A stretch of DNA of 64,000 bases from Alphaproteobacteria bacterium. GTDB taxonomy: Bacteria > Pseudomonadota > Alphaproteobacteria > SHVV01. Positions 54,031-64,000 of this stretch are shown piece by piece. The position numbers and the translations under genes were made by a program. The stretch covers positions 1,760,001 to 1,824,000 of the forward strand of contig OZ253470.1 in assembly GCA_965261735.1 (NCBI GenBank), written 5' to 3'. The notes beneath the pieces were generated by a model that was not told the origin of the DNA, made no database searches, and saw nothing but the letters and a program-made list of their open reading frames with translations. Each line of letters begins with the position of its first letter. Within the stretch, counting starts at the first letter, position 1.

Positions 54031-55828
54031 TCACTCCTCGGACGCGGTGCTGATGGCCTCGTTCCACGTGAGGCTCAAGCGCCACGCGCAGTTGATCAGT
54101 CCGACATGCGAATAGGTCTGCGGGAAATTGCCCCAAAATTCACCCGTCTCCGGATCGAGGTCCTCGGACAGTAGGCCGAGCGGATTGCAACAAGACAGGA
54201 TGTTGACGAACCACTCTCGCGCCTCCTCGATGCGACCGACGCTCCACAAGGCGTTGATGTACCAGAAGGTGCAGACGTTAAACGCCGTACTGGGCGCACC
54301 GAAGTCGTCCGGCCGCGCGTAACGGAAGAGGTGGTAGCCCCGGACGAGCGATTTCTCGACCGCCCGCACCGTGCCATGAAAACGCTGATCCTGGGGCGAG
54401 ACGAAGCCGACTTCGGCCAGCAACAGGAGGCAGGCGTCAACGTCCTCGCCATCAAACTCCGAGACAAAGCTGTCCAGTCGCGGATTCCACGCTTTCTCCA
54501 GGATCAGCTGCTTGATTTTCTTTGCCTTCTTGCGCCAATACTCGGGCCTTTCCGGCAGCCCCAGGTGACTCGCGATGTTCGCCAGCCGGTCGCAGGCAGC
54601 CCAACACATCACGCTCGAAAACGTGTGCACCTGTGAGATGTTTCGGAACTCCCATATTCCCGCGTCGGGCTGGTCGTGAAGCTGAAATGCCTGCTCGCCG
54701 AGCGGTTCGAGCCGGTCGAACATGCTCTCGTCCGCCGGGCTCAGGAGCCTCAGGTCGAAGAAGGCCTGAGTGGCGGCGAGAATGACCTCGCCGTAGGCGT
54801 CATGTTGATCGTGCTCGAAGGCCTGATTCCCGCGCCGTACCGGGCCCATACCGCGATAGCCGGGTAGGTTGGTGACGATCTCTTCGTCGAGGTGACGTTC
54901 CAGAGCGATGCCGTAAACCGGCTGCAGCCGACCGTCGGTCGAGTCCGCGACGATGTTCTCGAGAAAGAGAAGGTGGTCCTCCATCGTCTGATGGGCGCTC
55001 ACGCTATTGAGGGCTTGCACCGTGAAATACGCGTCCCTCAGCCAACAGTACCGGTAATCCCAATTGCGCTGGGTACCGGCCGCCTTCGGAATCGAGGTCG
55101 TCAGGGCGGCGACGATGGCACCGGTGGATTCGAAGCTGCAAAGCTTGAGCGTGATCGCCGAGCGAATGACGGCGTCCTGCCACTCGAAGGGTATGGACAG
55201 GCCGCGGACCCACACTTTCCAGTATTCGGCGGTCCAGTCGTGCCATTCGCGGGCCGCCTCGAACACCGACGTACCAAGGGTTTCATCGGGCCCGAAAATA
55301 AGAGCGGCGGGCCCGCGCAGGAGGAACGGCCGTTCCTCGAGGATATAGACAATCGGTAGGTCCGTGGTGAGGCGCAGGCTCAGCGCACTGTGCGCGTAGC
55401 GGATGTGGTTGCTGCCGTGGATGACCTGGGGCTCGCTCGCACCATAGGAAAACACAGGTCGTAGGCGGACGATAATGCGCGGTGTTCCGCCAATCGGTCG
55501 GACCATGCGAACAAGGGTGGTGGGACGGGCACGGCGACCGGCCCGGGTGAACCTCGGCGCATAGTCGGTTATTTCTATTCCAGCGCCCGACTCATTGTAG
55601 AGCCGGGTAATGAGAATGGCCGTGTTCGAAAGATACTCCTGCTCGGCCCGCGCGAAACCATCTAACTCGATCGCAAAGAACCCGCTATCGGCGTCATCGT
55701 TAAGCAGGTCGCAAAAAAACGGGGTCCGAGTCGAATCGGGGAAAGCAGCACCAAACGATCCGTCCTTTGCCATCGATCAGCGCTCCAATGCAGCAGTTAC
55801 CAACTATTCCGAGATCGAGTGTCGTCAT
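54031..55828 (-). pseudogene. GH15 glucoamylase/trehalase, frameshifted in a homopolymer
   Basis: True start MTTLDLGIVGNC...WCCFPRFDSDPVF at 55828 is out of frame with the body at the A7 run 55713-55719; NWDYRYCWLRD, GNFPQTYSHVG. Confidence 0.85.
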
Positions 55829-56479
55829 TAGATGATGTCCACCGAGTCCAGCCAAGGCGCCGACAATTGTATCTCAGATCGCGAACCTGCGTCGCCGCCG
55901 CGATGAGCGCATAGGGCGATACCTAATGTCCCCCGCCAGGGGGCAGAGGCTTGGCCGCGAGCCTGGAGTCGAAGCGGTGCTCCGTTGTAGGTTTGGTGCG
56001 GTGCCGGGAAGGTGGTGCTCCACGGAGTTAGCGAGTGAGCGACCAGCTAGGATTCGCGGGAGTCGGTGCGCTAGTGCGCTAGCGGTTATCAGCGTCTTTC
56101 TCCTGGTCACCGAAACCGGGCGGGCGCAGACGTCCGGTTTCGCAGACTTGCCGACCTCGGTAGTTGCGGTTCACGGAGCGTCCGCTAGACCGAGTCTTGC
56201 CGGCTCGGCGGCGCCAGTTACCTAAGGCTTGCGCTTCCCTCCAGGTACGGCAGCGCCAGGGATTACAAAGCCCTCTTCAAATACAACTCCGATGAGGCAA
56301 GGGGGATGTATGTCTGGCGCGGCGCCTACTTTGAGGCCGACGCCGAGACTGACGGTAAGTAAAGGGTGCGAATCTCATCACGGACACTGCGACCTGATCG
56401 CCTTAGGTAAGAAAGTAAGAATTGCCCCCGACGAACTCTTCATCGCCAAGGCTGATTTCATCGATCTCGGTACGGACTC

Positions 56480-56625
56480 TGAACTCGTCCGAATCGGAAA
56501 GGTCGACGCGCCGATCGCGGTCATCGGCTACCTGTCGCTGACATGCCCGAACTGCAGGTCATTCTTCACCTCGGTCTTGCCCAAACTCAAAGCGGACTAC
56601 ATCGACAGGGGGCTCGTCCACTCGC
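56480..56625 (+). pseudogene. DsbA-like thioredoxin fragment
   Basis: IGKVDAPIAVIGYLSLTCPNC...PKLKADYIDRG; remainder of the domain absent. Confidence 0.65.
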
Positions 56626-57167
56626 GAGCGCTTATCTGGGCTGCGCTCCTGTCGTTGCCGGCACCGGCGCTGGCCTGCGGCGGGGGTGGCGGCACGGTGG
56701 GTGCCGGCGAAGGGGGTGGCGATGGCGCTGGAGTCGCGGACGGTGGCGCGCCGATGACGGTCGCGACGGCGCTCGCGGCCGCCGACGCTTCGGCCGAAAT
56801 GTCCACGCAGGCTGCCGCCGCGATCGCCGAGTTAGCGGCCGCGTCAGGGATCCCCGGGCTCTTCATCGAAGTGTCCAGCGTTTCCGGCCGCACCAGCACG
56901 ACGAGCATGTCGGTCGAGGTCAGGATCACCGACAGCGCTGGCGAGCGTATCTTCCGCCGCTACGTGGTGCTTCGGATCCCGCTCCAATCAGCCTCGGTGA
57001 AACCGAATGCCCTCGCGGTGGCGCTCTCGGGCGTCGTCAGCCGGATGCTCATCGAAGATGTTGCGCGGCGCGTTGCCAGCCGGCCACAGCTTGCGGAGGG
57101 TGTCATGAGGGCGGCGGACCGTCTGGCGAGCGTCGGCAAGGGTGATTTCAACCTCAGCGCGGGCTGA
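56625..57167 (+). CDS. Hypothetical secreted Gly/Ala-rich protein, start missing or fused to the DsbA fragment
   Basis: Signal-like ALIWAALLSLPAPALA followed by CGGGGG...; GC3-rich frame. Confidence 0.4.
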   Translation, partial: RALIWAALLSLPAPALACGGGGGTVGAGEGGGDGAGVADGGAPMTVATALAAADASAEMSTQAAAAIAELAAASGIPGLFIEVSSVSGRTSTTSMSVEVRITDSAGERIFRRYVVLRIPLQSASVKPNALAVALSGVVSRMLIEDVARRVASRPQLAEGVMRAADRLASVGKGDFNLSAG

Positions 57168-57198
57168 GTTACCTAGCGGGCGCCGGGGATAGAAACGC

Positions 57199-59107
57199 AT
57201 GCGCTCATGGATCGCATGCGTCCTTGCCGCGGCGTCGCTATTTCTCGTCACCGCACAGGCGCGGGCCCAGGACGAGGATCACGTAGAGCGGGAGGTACGT
57301 GAAGCCCAGCGACTCCTTGAGAGCGGGGACAGCGAGGCCGCCTGGATTCGTTTGGGGACCGCCCTCGAGATCGGCAATCGCATACTCGACGAACAGCCGG
57401 AAACGCTTGGCCAGCTGCACGCCCTTCGCGGGCATCGTCGCCCTCGATCTCGGTCGTCTCGACGAAGCAGAACGTCTGTTCCGTGGGGCCCATACGCTAG
57501 TCCGACGCGCGAGGGGTGCGGAGCACGGCGAAACCGTGAAAGCAGCGCGCAACCTCGCGACCATGTTGGCGGCGCGCGGCAAACTCGTGGAGGCCGAATC
57601 CCTCATCGTGGCCGCGCTACGGGCGACGGAGCGCGACCTGGGCCCGGATCATGCCGAAACCGGCACGGTCCTGTATGAACTCGGCAGCCTCAAAAGCTCG
57701 GCGGGGCAGCTTGCTGAGGCCGAGGCGGCGCTTCGTCGTGCCGCCACGATTCGCGAGGCTGCAGGAGCGCCGGCACCACTAGCCGAGGCGCTCGATGCCC
57801 TGGGGGCAGTATTTCAGGGCCAATGGCGGCTTGGCGAAGCGGAGGCGGCGCACCGGCGCGCGGCCTCCCTGGTGGCGGTCGCGCGCGGCGAGGGTTACGG
57901 CCGGGCCACCTATCTCAACAACCTTGCGGTCGCGGTCGAAGCGCAGGGTCGGCTCGCCGAAGCGGAGGAGCTCTACAAATCCGTGCTCGAACAATGGGCG
58001 CGGGTCGCGGGAACCGAGAGCGACAACTACGCCGTGGCTCTTAACAACCTGGCGCGGGTCGAGCATCAGCTTGAGCGCTTCGAGGAGACCGCGGCACTGC
58101 TCGGGCGCGCCACATCGTCGATCGAGAAGCGAGGACGGACGAGCCACCCCGACTACTGCGCCATGCTCTCGAACCTAGCGCTCGGCGAGCTCGAACTCGG
58201 ACGGCTCGAGCCCGCGCGCCGCCTGTCCGAGCGCGCCATCACGACATGCGAGCAGCGGCTGGGTCCGCGCCACATCGACCTCGTCGAACCCCTTAATACG
58301 CTTGGTCGGATCGCCATGACTCAGAGCGATGTCGTCGTCGCAACGGAAGCCTTCGGCCGAGCCCTCGATCTCGTCGCGGGCACGAACGGGCCGCTGCATC
58401 CGACGACGGCGTTGCCGTTGCACAACCTCGCTGGCGTCTTGTTGGCCGCCGGCGACACAGGTTCGGCGCTCGAGCTTCTCGTCCGGGCTTCGGCCAGCGC
58501 TGAGCGCGCGCGGGGTGGACTCGACGTGCTGCACGCGACCACTCTGGAGGTCCTCGCGCTGGCCCATTTCAAGCTCAATCGAACAGGCGAGGCTCTCGCT
58601 TCGATGCGCCACGCTTCGAGCCTCACGCGTGCGCGCCTGGCCCGTGCTCTGCCGGGGCGCGGCGCCGGACCTAGCTCGTCGTGGGCGGATCTTCGCAAAC
58701 GCTTCGCCTTCCACGCCGCTCTCGCGGTTGAGGCGGCTGCCCGGGCGCCCTCGACCGAGGCGGGCGAACTCGAGAACGAAGGGTTCGCCTTCGCCGAGTT
58801 GGCGCGTGGCTCCAGCGCGGCGCACGCGATCGCGCAAATGGCGACACGGTTTGCCGCGGCCACCGGTGCGCTGGCCGAGCGCGTCCGCGAGCGCCAGGAC
58901 AAGTCCGAGCAATTGCGCGAGGTCGAGCTCCAGCTCCAGCAGATCAATACCCTTGGCCGGCTCGGCGCCGACTCGCCCGTAGCCCTCTCGCTGCGCCTGG
59001 CGCGCGCGAGCGCGACCGCCCGAATTGCTGCGATCGATCGCCGTCTCGAAGTCGAGTTTCCCGAATATGTGGAGCTGGCCAATCCCGAACCACCCGGCGT
59101 CGCCGAG
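57199..59107 (+). pseudogene. Secreted TPR-repeat protein (TPR-CHAT type), frameshifted and truncated by IS256
   Basis: Signal peptide; frameshift near 57425-57432; LNNLA-type TPRs; AIAQMATRFAA...EFPEYVELANPEP linker ends at the IS. Confidence 0.8.
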
Positions 59108-60556
59108 GGTCGTGTCCCAGGACGTGGTGTAGGAGTTGTTGGAGCCTCTGGTAGCTGTGGGTAGGCGGCTTGCCGTAGCGACCGCCGAGAGTCTGGCGTA
59201 GGCAAGCCGGCTATCCACAGCGGAGGCCATCGCGGTTCCGGTTTAGGGTTGGGCTAGTGCAAACCAACCTGACCCGAAGGAGAACCACGATGACCCAGGA
59301 CATGATGACCCTGCGCGCGCTTTTGGAGAAGAGCTCCGATGCCGATCTGCTTTGCGAGATGATCGGCTTCACGGCCGAGCGGCTGATGGCACTGGAGGTT
59401 GAGGGCCTGACCGGCGCCGGGCACGGCGAGCGCTCGGCGGATCGTATCACCCATCGCAACGGCTACCGCGACCGGTCCTGGGAGACGCGGGCCGGCACGG
59501 TCGAGCTGAAGATCCCGAAGCTGAGGAAGGGAAGCTACTTCCCGGGCTTCCTGGAGCCGCGGCGGATGGCCGAGAAGGCGCTGGCTGCGGTGATCCAGGA
59601 GGCCTACATCCAGGGGGTGTCGACCCGCTCGGTCGACGATCTGGTTCAGGCGATGGGGATGTCGGGCGCCTCCAAGAGCCAGGTCTCCAGGCTGTGCGGC
59701 GAGATCGACGATAAGGTCAACGGCTTCCTCGATCGACCGCTGGAGGGCGACTGGCCCTATCTGTGGCTCGACGCCACCTACGTGAAGGTGCGCCAGACCG
59801 GACGCATCGTCTCGGTCGCGGTGACCGTGGCTGTGGCCGTCAACGACCAAGGCCGCCGCGAGGTCCTGGGCGTGGCGATCGGCGCGTCGGAGGCCGAGAC
59901 CTTCTGGACCGAGTTCCTGCGCTCGCTGGCCCGGCGCGGGCTGCGCGGCGTGAAGCTGGTGATCTCCGACGACCACAAGGGCCTGAAGGCCGCCGCGACC
60001 CGGATCCTCGGCGCCACATGGCAGCGCTGCCGCGTGCACTTCGCCCGCAACCTGCTGGCCCATGCCGGCCGCCAGGGCCGGCGCGTCGTCTCCGCCTTCG
60101 TCGCCACCGCCTTCGCCCAGGAGGACGCCGACAGCGCGAAGGTCCAGTGGCGCCAGGTCGCCGACCAGCTCAGGCCCAAGGTGCCCAAGCTGGCAGTTCT
60201 CATGGACGAAGCCGAGCACGACGTCCTCGCCTACATGAGCTTCCCCAGGGAGCACCGCCAGAAATTGCACTCCACAAACCCGATCGAACGGCTCCATGCC
60301 GAGGTCAAGCGTCGCACCAACGTCGTCGGTATCTTTCCCAACGAAGCCGCCATCACACGGCTCGTCGGCGCCATCCTTCTCGAGCAGAACGACGAGTGGG
60401 CCGTCTCAAGGAGATACATGACGCTGGAATCCATCGCTCCGCTGAGCGATGGTGTCCCCATCACGCTGCCCACCGTGGCAGCCTGAACGTCCCGGCCCTA
60501 CCCGCCGGGAGCCGCGTAGAGCGCAACGCTCTTACACCACTCCGCGGGACACGATC
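59108..60556 (+). mobile_element. IS256-family element, copy 4, full length, no TSD
   Basis: Both ends present; flanks TCGCCGAG and GGCGCGCA differ. Confidence 0.95.
59290..60486 (+). CDS. IS256 transposase (intact allele)
   Basis: Same as copy 2 plus the [11 protein letters not shown] segment. Confidence 0.95.
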   Translation: MTQDMMTLRALLEKSSDADLLCEMIGFTAERLMALEVEGLTGAGHGERSADRITHRNGYRDRSWETRAGTVELKIPKLRKGSYFPGFLEPRRMAEKALAAVIQEAYIQGVSTRSVDDLVQAMGMSGASKSQVSRLCGEIDDKVNGFLDRPLEGDWPYLWLDATYVKVRQTGRIVSVAVTVAVAVNDQGRREVLGVAIGASEAETFWTEFLRSLARRGLRGVKLVISDDHKGLKAAATRILGATWQRCRVHFARNLLAHAGRQGRRVVSAFVATAFAQEDADSAKVQWRQVADQLRPKVPKLAVLMDEAEHDVLAYMSFPREHRQKLHSTNPIERLHAEVKRRTNVVGIFPNEAAITRLVGAILLEQNDEWAVSRRYMTLESIAPLSDGVPITLPTVAA

Positions 60557-60723
60557 GGCGCGCAAGAGCGAATCGCCAAGCCTTCATTATGCCGCTCGAC
60601 AATCGCGATGCCGAACGATAGTGCGATAATTGACGAGTTGTGCAAGCAAGGAGCTGATCAAAATGGCCAGTCGGGTTCAAGGTTCACGACCCGCGAATTG
60701 GGAGGCATTTTCTATTTTTTCTC

Positions 60724-61410
60724 TTGATCGGTGCGGCGACTGGAGCGGCTGCTCTAGACACTTACCTCATCGCGACGTCATCGTCGTTTATTGGGCTTGG
60801 CCTTTCCGCAGGTGTCACCGGTGGGATCATTGGAGGCGGCATCGGATTTGTCTCAGCCATTTTTGTTGATTTCGTCAAGAATCTGCTTTTCGGTCTTCGG
60901 CTCCAACTTTCGATTGGCCAAGGGCCCGACTATCTATCGTTCGTCACGTGGCCGAACGAAGACGAGCATGGGGACCTCAGCGCTTGCTATGTCCGGGTGA
61001 AGGTTCAAAACGCAGGTCGACCGCTAGCGCGGCAATGTAGGGCGTATTTAGTTAGCGTCGAAAAAAGAGAAAACGGTCGCTTCGTCGAAACCGGTTACGT
61101 GGACACAATTCAACTTGCGTGGTCAGCACAAGGAGCGCCAAAGCACGATCCCGAGCGGCGCTACTTACCCATGGACATACCAAACGGTATCAATCAGTTT
61201 TTCGATGTGTTTGCGACCGATAACCGTAGCGAAGAACTCCACCCTCAATGGCGCGTGCACCTCATGCGCTACGACGACATTTTCTTCGACTGGGGGAAAC
61301 TATTCGCATACCGGCTAACTGTCCAGGTGGCCGGTGACGGAGTGAAACCGCAAACGCTGACTTTTGTTTTTCACCGCGGCGCGAGTTGGGATGATCTCCA
61401 TGTAGAGTGA
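60724..61410 (+). CDS. Hypothetical low-GC protein with N-terminal glycine-rich TM segment
   Basis: 228 aa ORF, markedly lower GC than the core genes, stop 3 nt from the tRNA-Val 3' end; start uncertain. Confidence 0.6.
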   Translation: MIGAATGAAALDTYLIATSSSFIGLGLSAGVTGGIIGGGIGFVSAIFVDFVKNLLFGLRLQLSIGQGPDYLSFVTWPNEDEHGDLSACYVRVKVQNAGRPLARQCRAYLVSVEKRENGRFVETGYVDTIQLAWSAQGAPKHDPERRYLPMDIPNGINQFFDVFATDNRSEELHPQWRVHLMRYDDIFFDWGKLFAYRLTVQVAGDGVKPQTLTFVFHRGASWDDLHVE

Positions 61411-61413
61411 CGA

Positions 61414-61488
61414 TGGTGGGCGCGGCTGGGATTGAACCAGCGACCCCTACGATGTCAACGTAGTGCTCTCCCGCTGAGCTACGCGCCC
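61414..61488 (-). tRNA. tRNA-Val(GAC)
   Basis: GGGCGCGTAGCTCAGCGGGAGAGCACTACGTTGACATCGTAGGGGTCGCTGGTTCAATCCCAGCCGCGCCCACCA. Confidence 0.97.
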
Positions 61489-61650
61489 GCGCTCCGGAAC
61501 CAGGCCGGGAACCGGCGGCCGTTATAGGACAATGGCCGGCCTTTGCCTAGGGGGCGGGGCGCGCTTGCGCGGGCGTTCTCGCCGCCGCGCGCGCGTGCTA
61601 TGATTCGTGGCCGCGCAACCGGCGGCGGCGGGCGGGCGATCCGGGGCACG

Positions 61651-62580
61651 ATGGATACACGGGCGGGCGTAGCGCGAGCCACCGGCGACACCGGTACCAC
61701 CCGCGACACAGGCGGAGCCGGCGCACCCTTCGAGATCCTGGCGCCGGAGGTGCAGACGATTCCCTTCGTCTACTGCTCGCCGCACAGCGGTACGGCTTAT
61801 GCGCCCGAGTTCCTCGCGGCCTCGCCGCTCGATCTTGCAACCCTGCGCCAGTCCGAGGACGCCTTCGTCGATGAGCTCTTCGCGGCGGCGCCGAGGCTCG
61901 GCGCGCCGCTGCTCAGGGCGCTGTTCCCGCGCGTCTACCTCGACCCCAACCGCGAGGCCTACGAGCTCGATCCGGTGATGTTCGACGGCGCGCTCCCCGA
62001 CTACGCCAACACCCGCTCGACGCGCGTCTCAGGCGGGCTCGGCACGATCGCCCGGGTGGTCAGCAACGGGGCCGAGATCTATCGGCAGAAGCTGCCGGTC
62101 GCCGAGGCCAAGCAGCGCATCCGGCTGTTCTACGATCCGTTCCACGAGGCGCTCGCCCGCCTCCTCGCCGAGACCAAGGCGCGGTTCGGCTGCGCGGTCC
62201 TCATCGACTGCCACTCGATGCCCTCGGTGGGTGGGCCGATGGACCGCGATTCGGGCCGCTCGCGCACCGAGATTGTGCTCGGCGACCGCTTCGCCACCAG
62301 CGCCGCGGCCATCCTCACCGACGTCTGCGAGGCCGCATTCAAGGGCATGGGCTACCGCGTCTTCCGCAACAATCCCTACGCCGGCGGCTTCATCACCCAG
62401 CACTACGGGCGCCCGGCCGAGGGCGTGCACACGCTGCAGATCGAGATAAACCGGGCGCTTTACATGGACGAGGCACGGATCGATCCGGCGCCGGCGATGG
62501 CCCGGGTGGCCGAGAACATGACGGCGCTGATGGGCGCGCTCGCGGCCATCGAGCCCGTACACCTCGCGCCCCGAGCCTGA
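61651..62580 (+). CDS. N-formylglutamate amidohydrolase family protein
   Basis: SPHSG, SEDAFVDEL, LDPNRE, IDCHSMPS, PYAGGFIT, LQIEINRALY. Confidence 0.92.
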   Translation: MDTRAGVARATGDTGTTRDTGGAGAPFEILAPEVQTIPFVYCSPHSGTAYAPEFLAASPLDLATLRQSEDAFVDELFAAAPRLGAPLLRALFPRVYLDPNREAYELDPVMFDGALPDYANTRSTRVSGGLGTIARVVSNGAEIYRQKLPVAEAKQRIRLFYDPFHEALARLLAETKARFGCAVLIDCHSMPSVGGPMDRDSGRSRTEIVLGDRFATSAAAILTDVCEAAFKGMGYRVFRNNPYAGGFITQHYGRPAEGVHTLQIEINRALYMDEARIDPAPAMARVAENMTALMGALAAIEPVHLAPRA

Positions 62581-62626
62581 CGCGCCTTGCGCGGCGCCTC
62601 TTTTCGGGCAAAAAGGCACTTTTCAC

Positions 62627-62721
62627 AAAAAAAGGGGCCCGCCCGCGTGAAGCGAGCGGAGCCCAAGTCAAGGGAGGATAAACCCATGATGGGTCTCCCA
62701 CGGCTGAGAGAGCCGCAGATA
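62627..62721 (-). ncRNA. MmgR/SuhB (alpha-r8)-like small RNA
   Basis: Minus-strand TTGCAA-16-TATAAT promoter, UCCUCCCUUGACUUGGGC core, GC hairpin plus U7 terminator; lies between N-formylglutamate amidohydrolase and a lytic transglycosylase. Confidence 0.8.
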
Positions 62722-62727
62722 GAGAAG

Positions 62728-62755
62728 ATTATAGTCATTTTGACGAAAATTGCAA
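62728..62755 (-). promoter_or_regulatory. Sigma70 promoter of the sRNA
   Basis: TTGCAA (62755-62750), 16 nt, TATAAT (62733-62728). Confidence 0.7.
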
Positions 62756-62925
62756 GTACTTGTTTGGCGATTCTCCCTAGTTTTCATCGAGTTATCCCCA
62801 GTTCCGCAACAACGGCCGCAAGACGGCCCGCATAGCGCGCTGGCAACGCGCCCAAAATGGCGACGGGGCACAAACGTGCGGCTCCGCAGCGGCGCGTCTG
62901 GCACGCGAATTGCTCGGATTCCGGC

Positions 62926-63290
62926 ATGCGGCTCGGTGCACAGACAGTTATCCACAGCCGGTGGGCGGTCTACGCCGGCCGCCTGTGCGCGGCCGCGCTC
63001 TTTTTCGCCCTTGTGGCGGGCGAACCGGCAGGTGCCGCGGCCAAGGCCGGTGCCGACCCGGCGGTCGGCTTGTGCCGCGATGCCATCGCCGCGGCCGAGC
63101 GCGCGAAACGCATCCCCCAACAACTCCTGAGCGCCATCGCTTTGGCCGAATCGGGGCGCTGGGACAACGGCCGGCGCGTGTCCGACCCGTGGCCGTGGAC
63201 CGTGACTTCGGGTGCGCGCTCACGCTATTTGCCGACGCGGCGCGCAGCTATCGCCGAGTTCAGGCGGCTCAAGGCGGCGGGCGTAGCACC
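62926..63290 (+). pseudogene. SLT lytic transglycosylase, 3'-truncated (limits approximate)
   Basis: IPQQLLSAIALAESGRW...PWPWTVT present; expected D.GCMQ.N motif absent, frame runs into amrS antisense. Confidence 0.7.
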
Positions 63291-63345
63291 GCCACGCCGT
63301 CATGGCCGCCCACCGCGCCAAGCGCGCGGCCAGGGAGGGCGCCAA

Positions 63346-64000
63346 CTAGGCGGGAGGCGCCGCCGGGGCGAACTCGCCGAGCCTTACGGGCCGCCGCTTC
63401 GACCCCCAGGTGCCGGGCGCGCCGTCGAAAACCCCGGGCACGCGCGTGCCACAGGAGCGGCAATGGCCGTCGTCGGACAGGTGCCACGTCCCCAGCACGT
63501 ACCAGTCGCGGCCGATCACCTTCGTGCCGCAGCCGTGGCAGAACGTGCTGCCGGCGGCGTCGTCGTGAACGTTACCGACATACACGTAGCGCAGGCCGTG
63601 ATCGCGCGCGATGGTGCGCGCACGCGTCAGGGTCGCGTGCGGCGTGCGCGGCGTGTCGAGCATCTTGAAGTCGGGGTGGAAGGCGGTGAAGTGGAGCGGC
63701 ACGTCGGGGCCGAGATTGTCGGCGAACCACGCGGATAAGGCGGCGAGCTCGGAATTGGAATCGTTTTCGCCCGGGATCAGCAGCGTGGTGACCTCGAACC
63801 AGACGTCGGTCTCGCGCTTGAGGTAGATGAGCGTCTCGAGCACCGGCGCCAGGTGGGCGCTGCACAGCTTGTAATAGAACGCCTCGGTGAAGCCCTTGAG
63901 GTCGATGTTCGCCGCGTCCATATGGCGGTAGAACTCGGCACGCGGTTCGGGGCAAATGTAGCCTGCCGTCACCGCCACGGTCTTGATGCCGCGCTCGCGG
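63346..64000 (-). CDS. amrS: AmmeMemoRadiSam system radical SAM enzyme, 3' part (runs off window)
   Basis: AVTAGYI, DAANIDLKGF, EVTTLLIPGEND, PLHFTAFHPD, YVYVGNVHD, CHGCG, CRSCG. Confidence 0.88.
   Translation of the reverse strand, partial: RERGIKTVAVTAGYICPEPRAEFYRHMDAANIDLKGFTEAFYYKLCSAHLAPVLETLIYLKRETDVWFEVTTLLIPGENDSNSELAALSAWFADNLGPDVPLHFTAFHPDFKMLDTPRTPHATLTRARTIARDHGLRYVYVGNVHDDAAGSTFCHGCGTKVIGRDWYVLGTWHLSDDGHCRSCGTRVPGVFDGAPGTWGSKRRPVRLGEFAPAAPPA

Noticed and set aside
62948-62956. Perfect DnaA box TTATCCACA as origin signal
   Set aside because: Single box, no cluster, AT-rich unwinding element or origin-linked genes

Overview
High-GC alphaproteobacterial (Rhodospirillales-like) chromosome segment. 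The left third (1-23.2 kb) is mostly core: fzlA-queG, thrS-infC (ATA start), rpmI-rplT-pheS-pheT-lepA and tRNA-Ser(GGA), interrupted by small accessory inserts (class III cyclase fusion, ArsR/CDF pair, IS1182). The 38 kb between tRNA-Ser and a convergent tRNA-Val(GAC) is accessory and IS-rich: three IS256 copies (a fourth is at the window start), IS3 nested in IS1595, an RpoH paralog, an orphan form II CoxL-like gene, a degraded bufferin-like locus (NPC-repeat DM13 lipoprotein, DUF2282-like peptide, DUF2063-like gene, no DUF692), a Sel1 remnant, a Rieske oxygenase, a carnitine/gamma-butyrobetaine cluster, a peptide-type ABC transporter, Entner-Doudoroff genes with a GH15 and a truncated TPR(-CHAT) gene. 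The right end has N-formylglutamate amidohydrolase, a MmgR/SuhB-like sRNA, a truncated lytic transglycosylase and partial amrS. About a dozen accessory genes carry frameshifts, stops or deletions while the translation genes are intact. The best candidate for an undescribed system is the NPC-repeat lipoprotein/bufferin-like locus at 28.7-30.6 kb. All family calls are by motif recognition, not database search.
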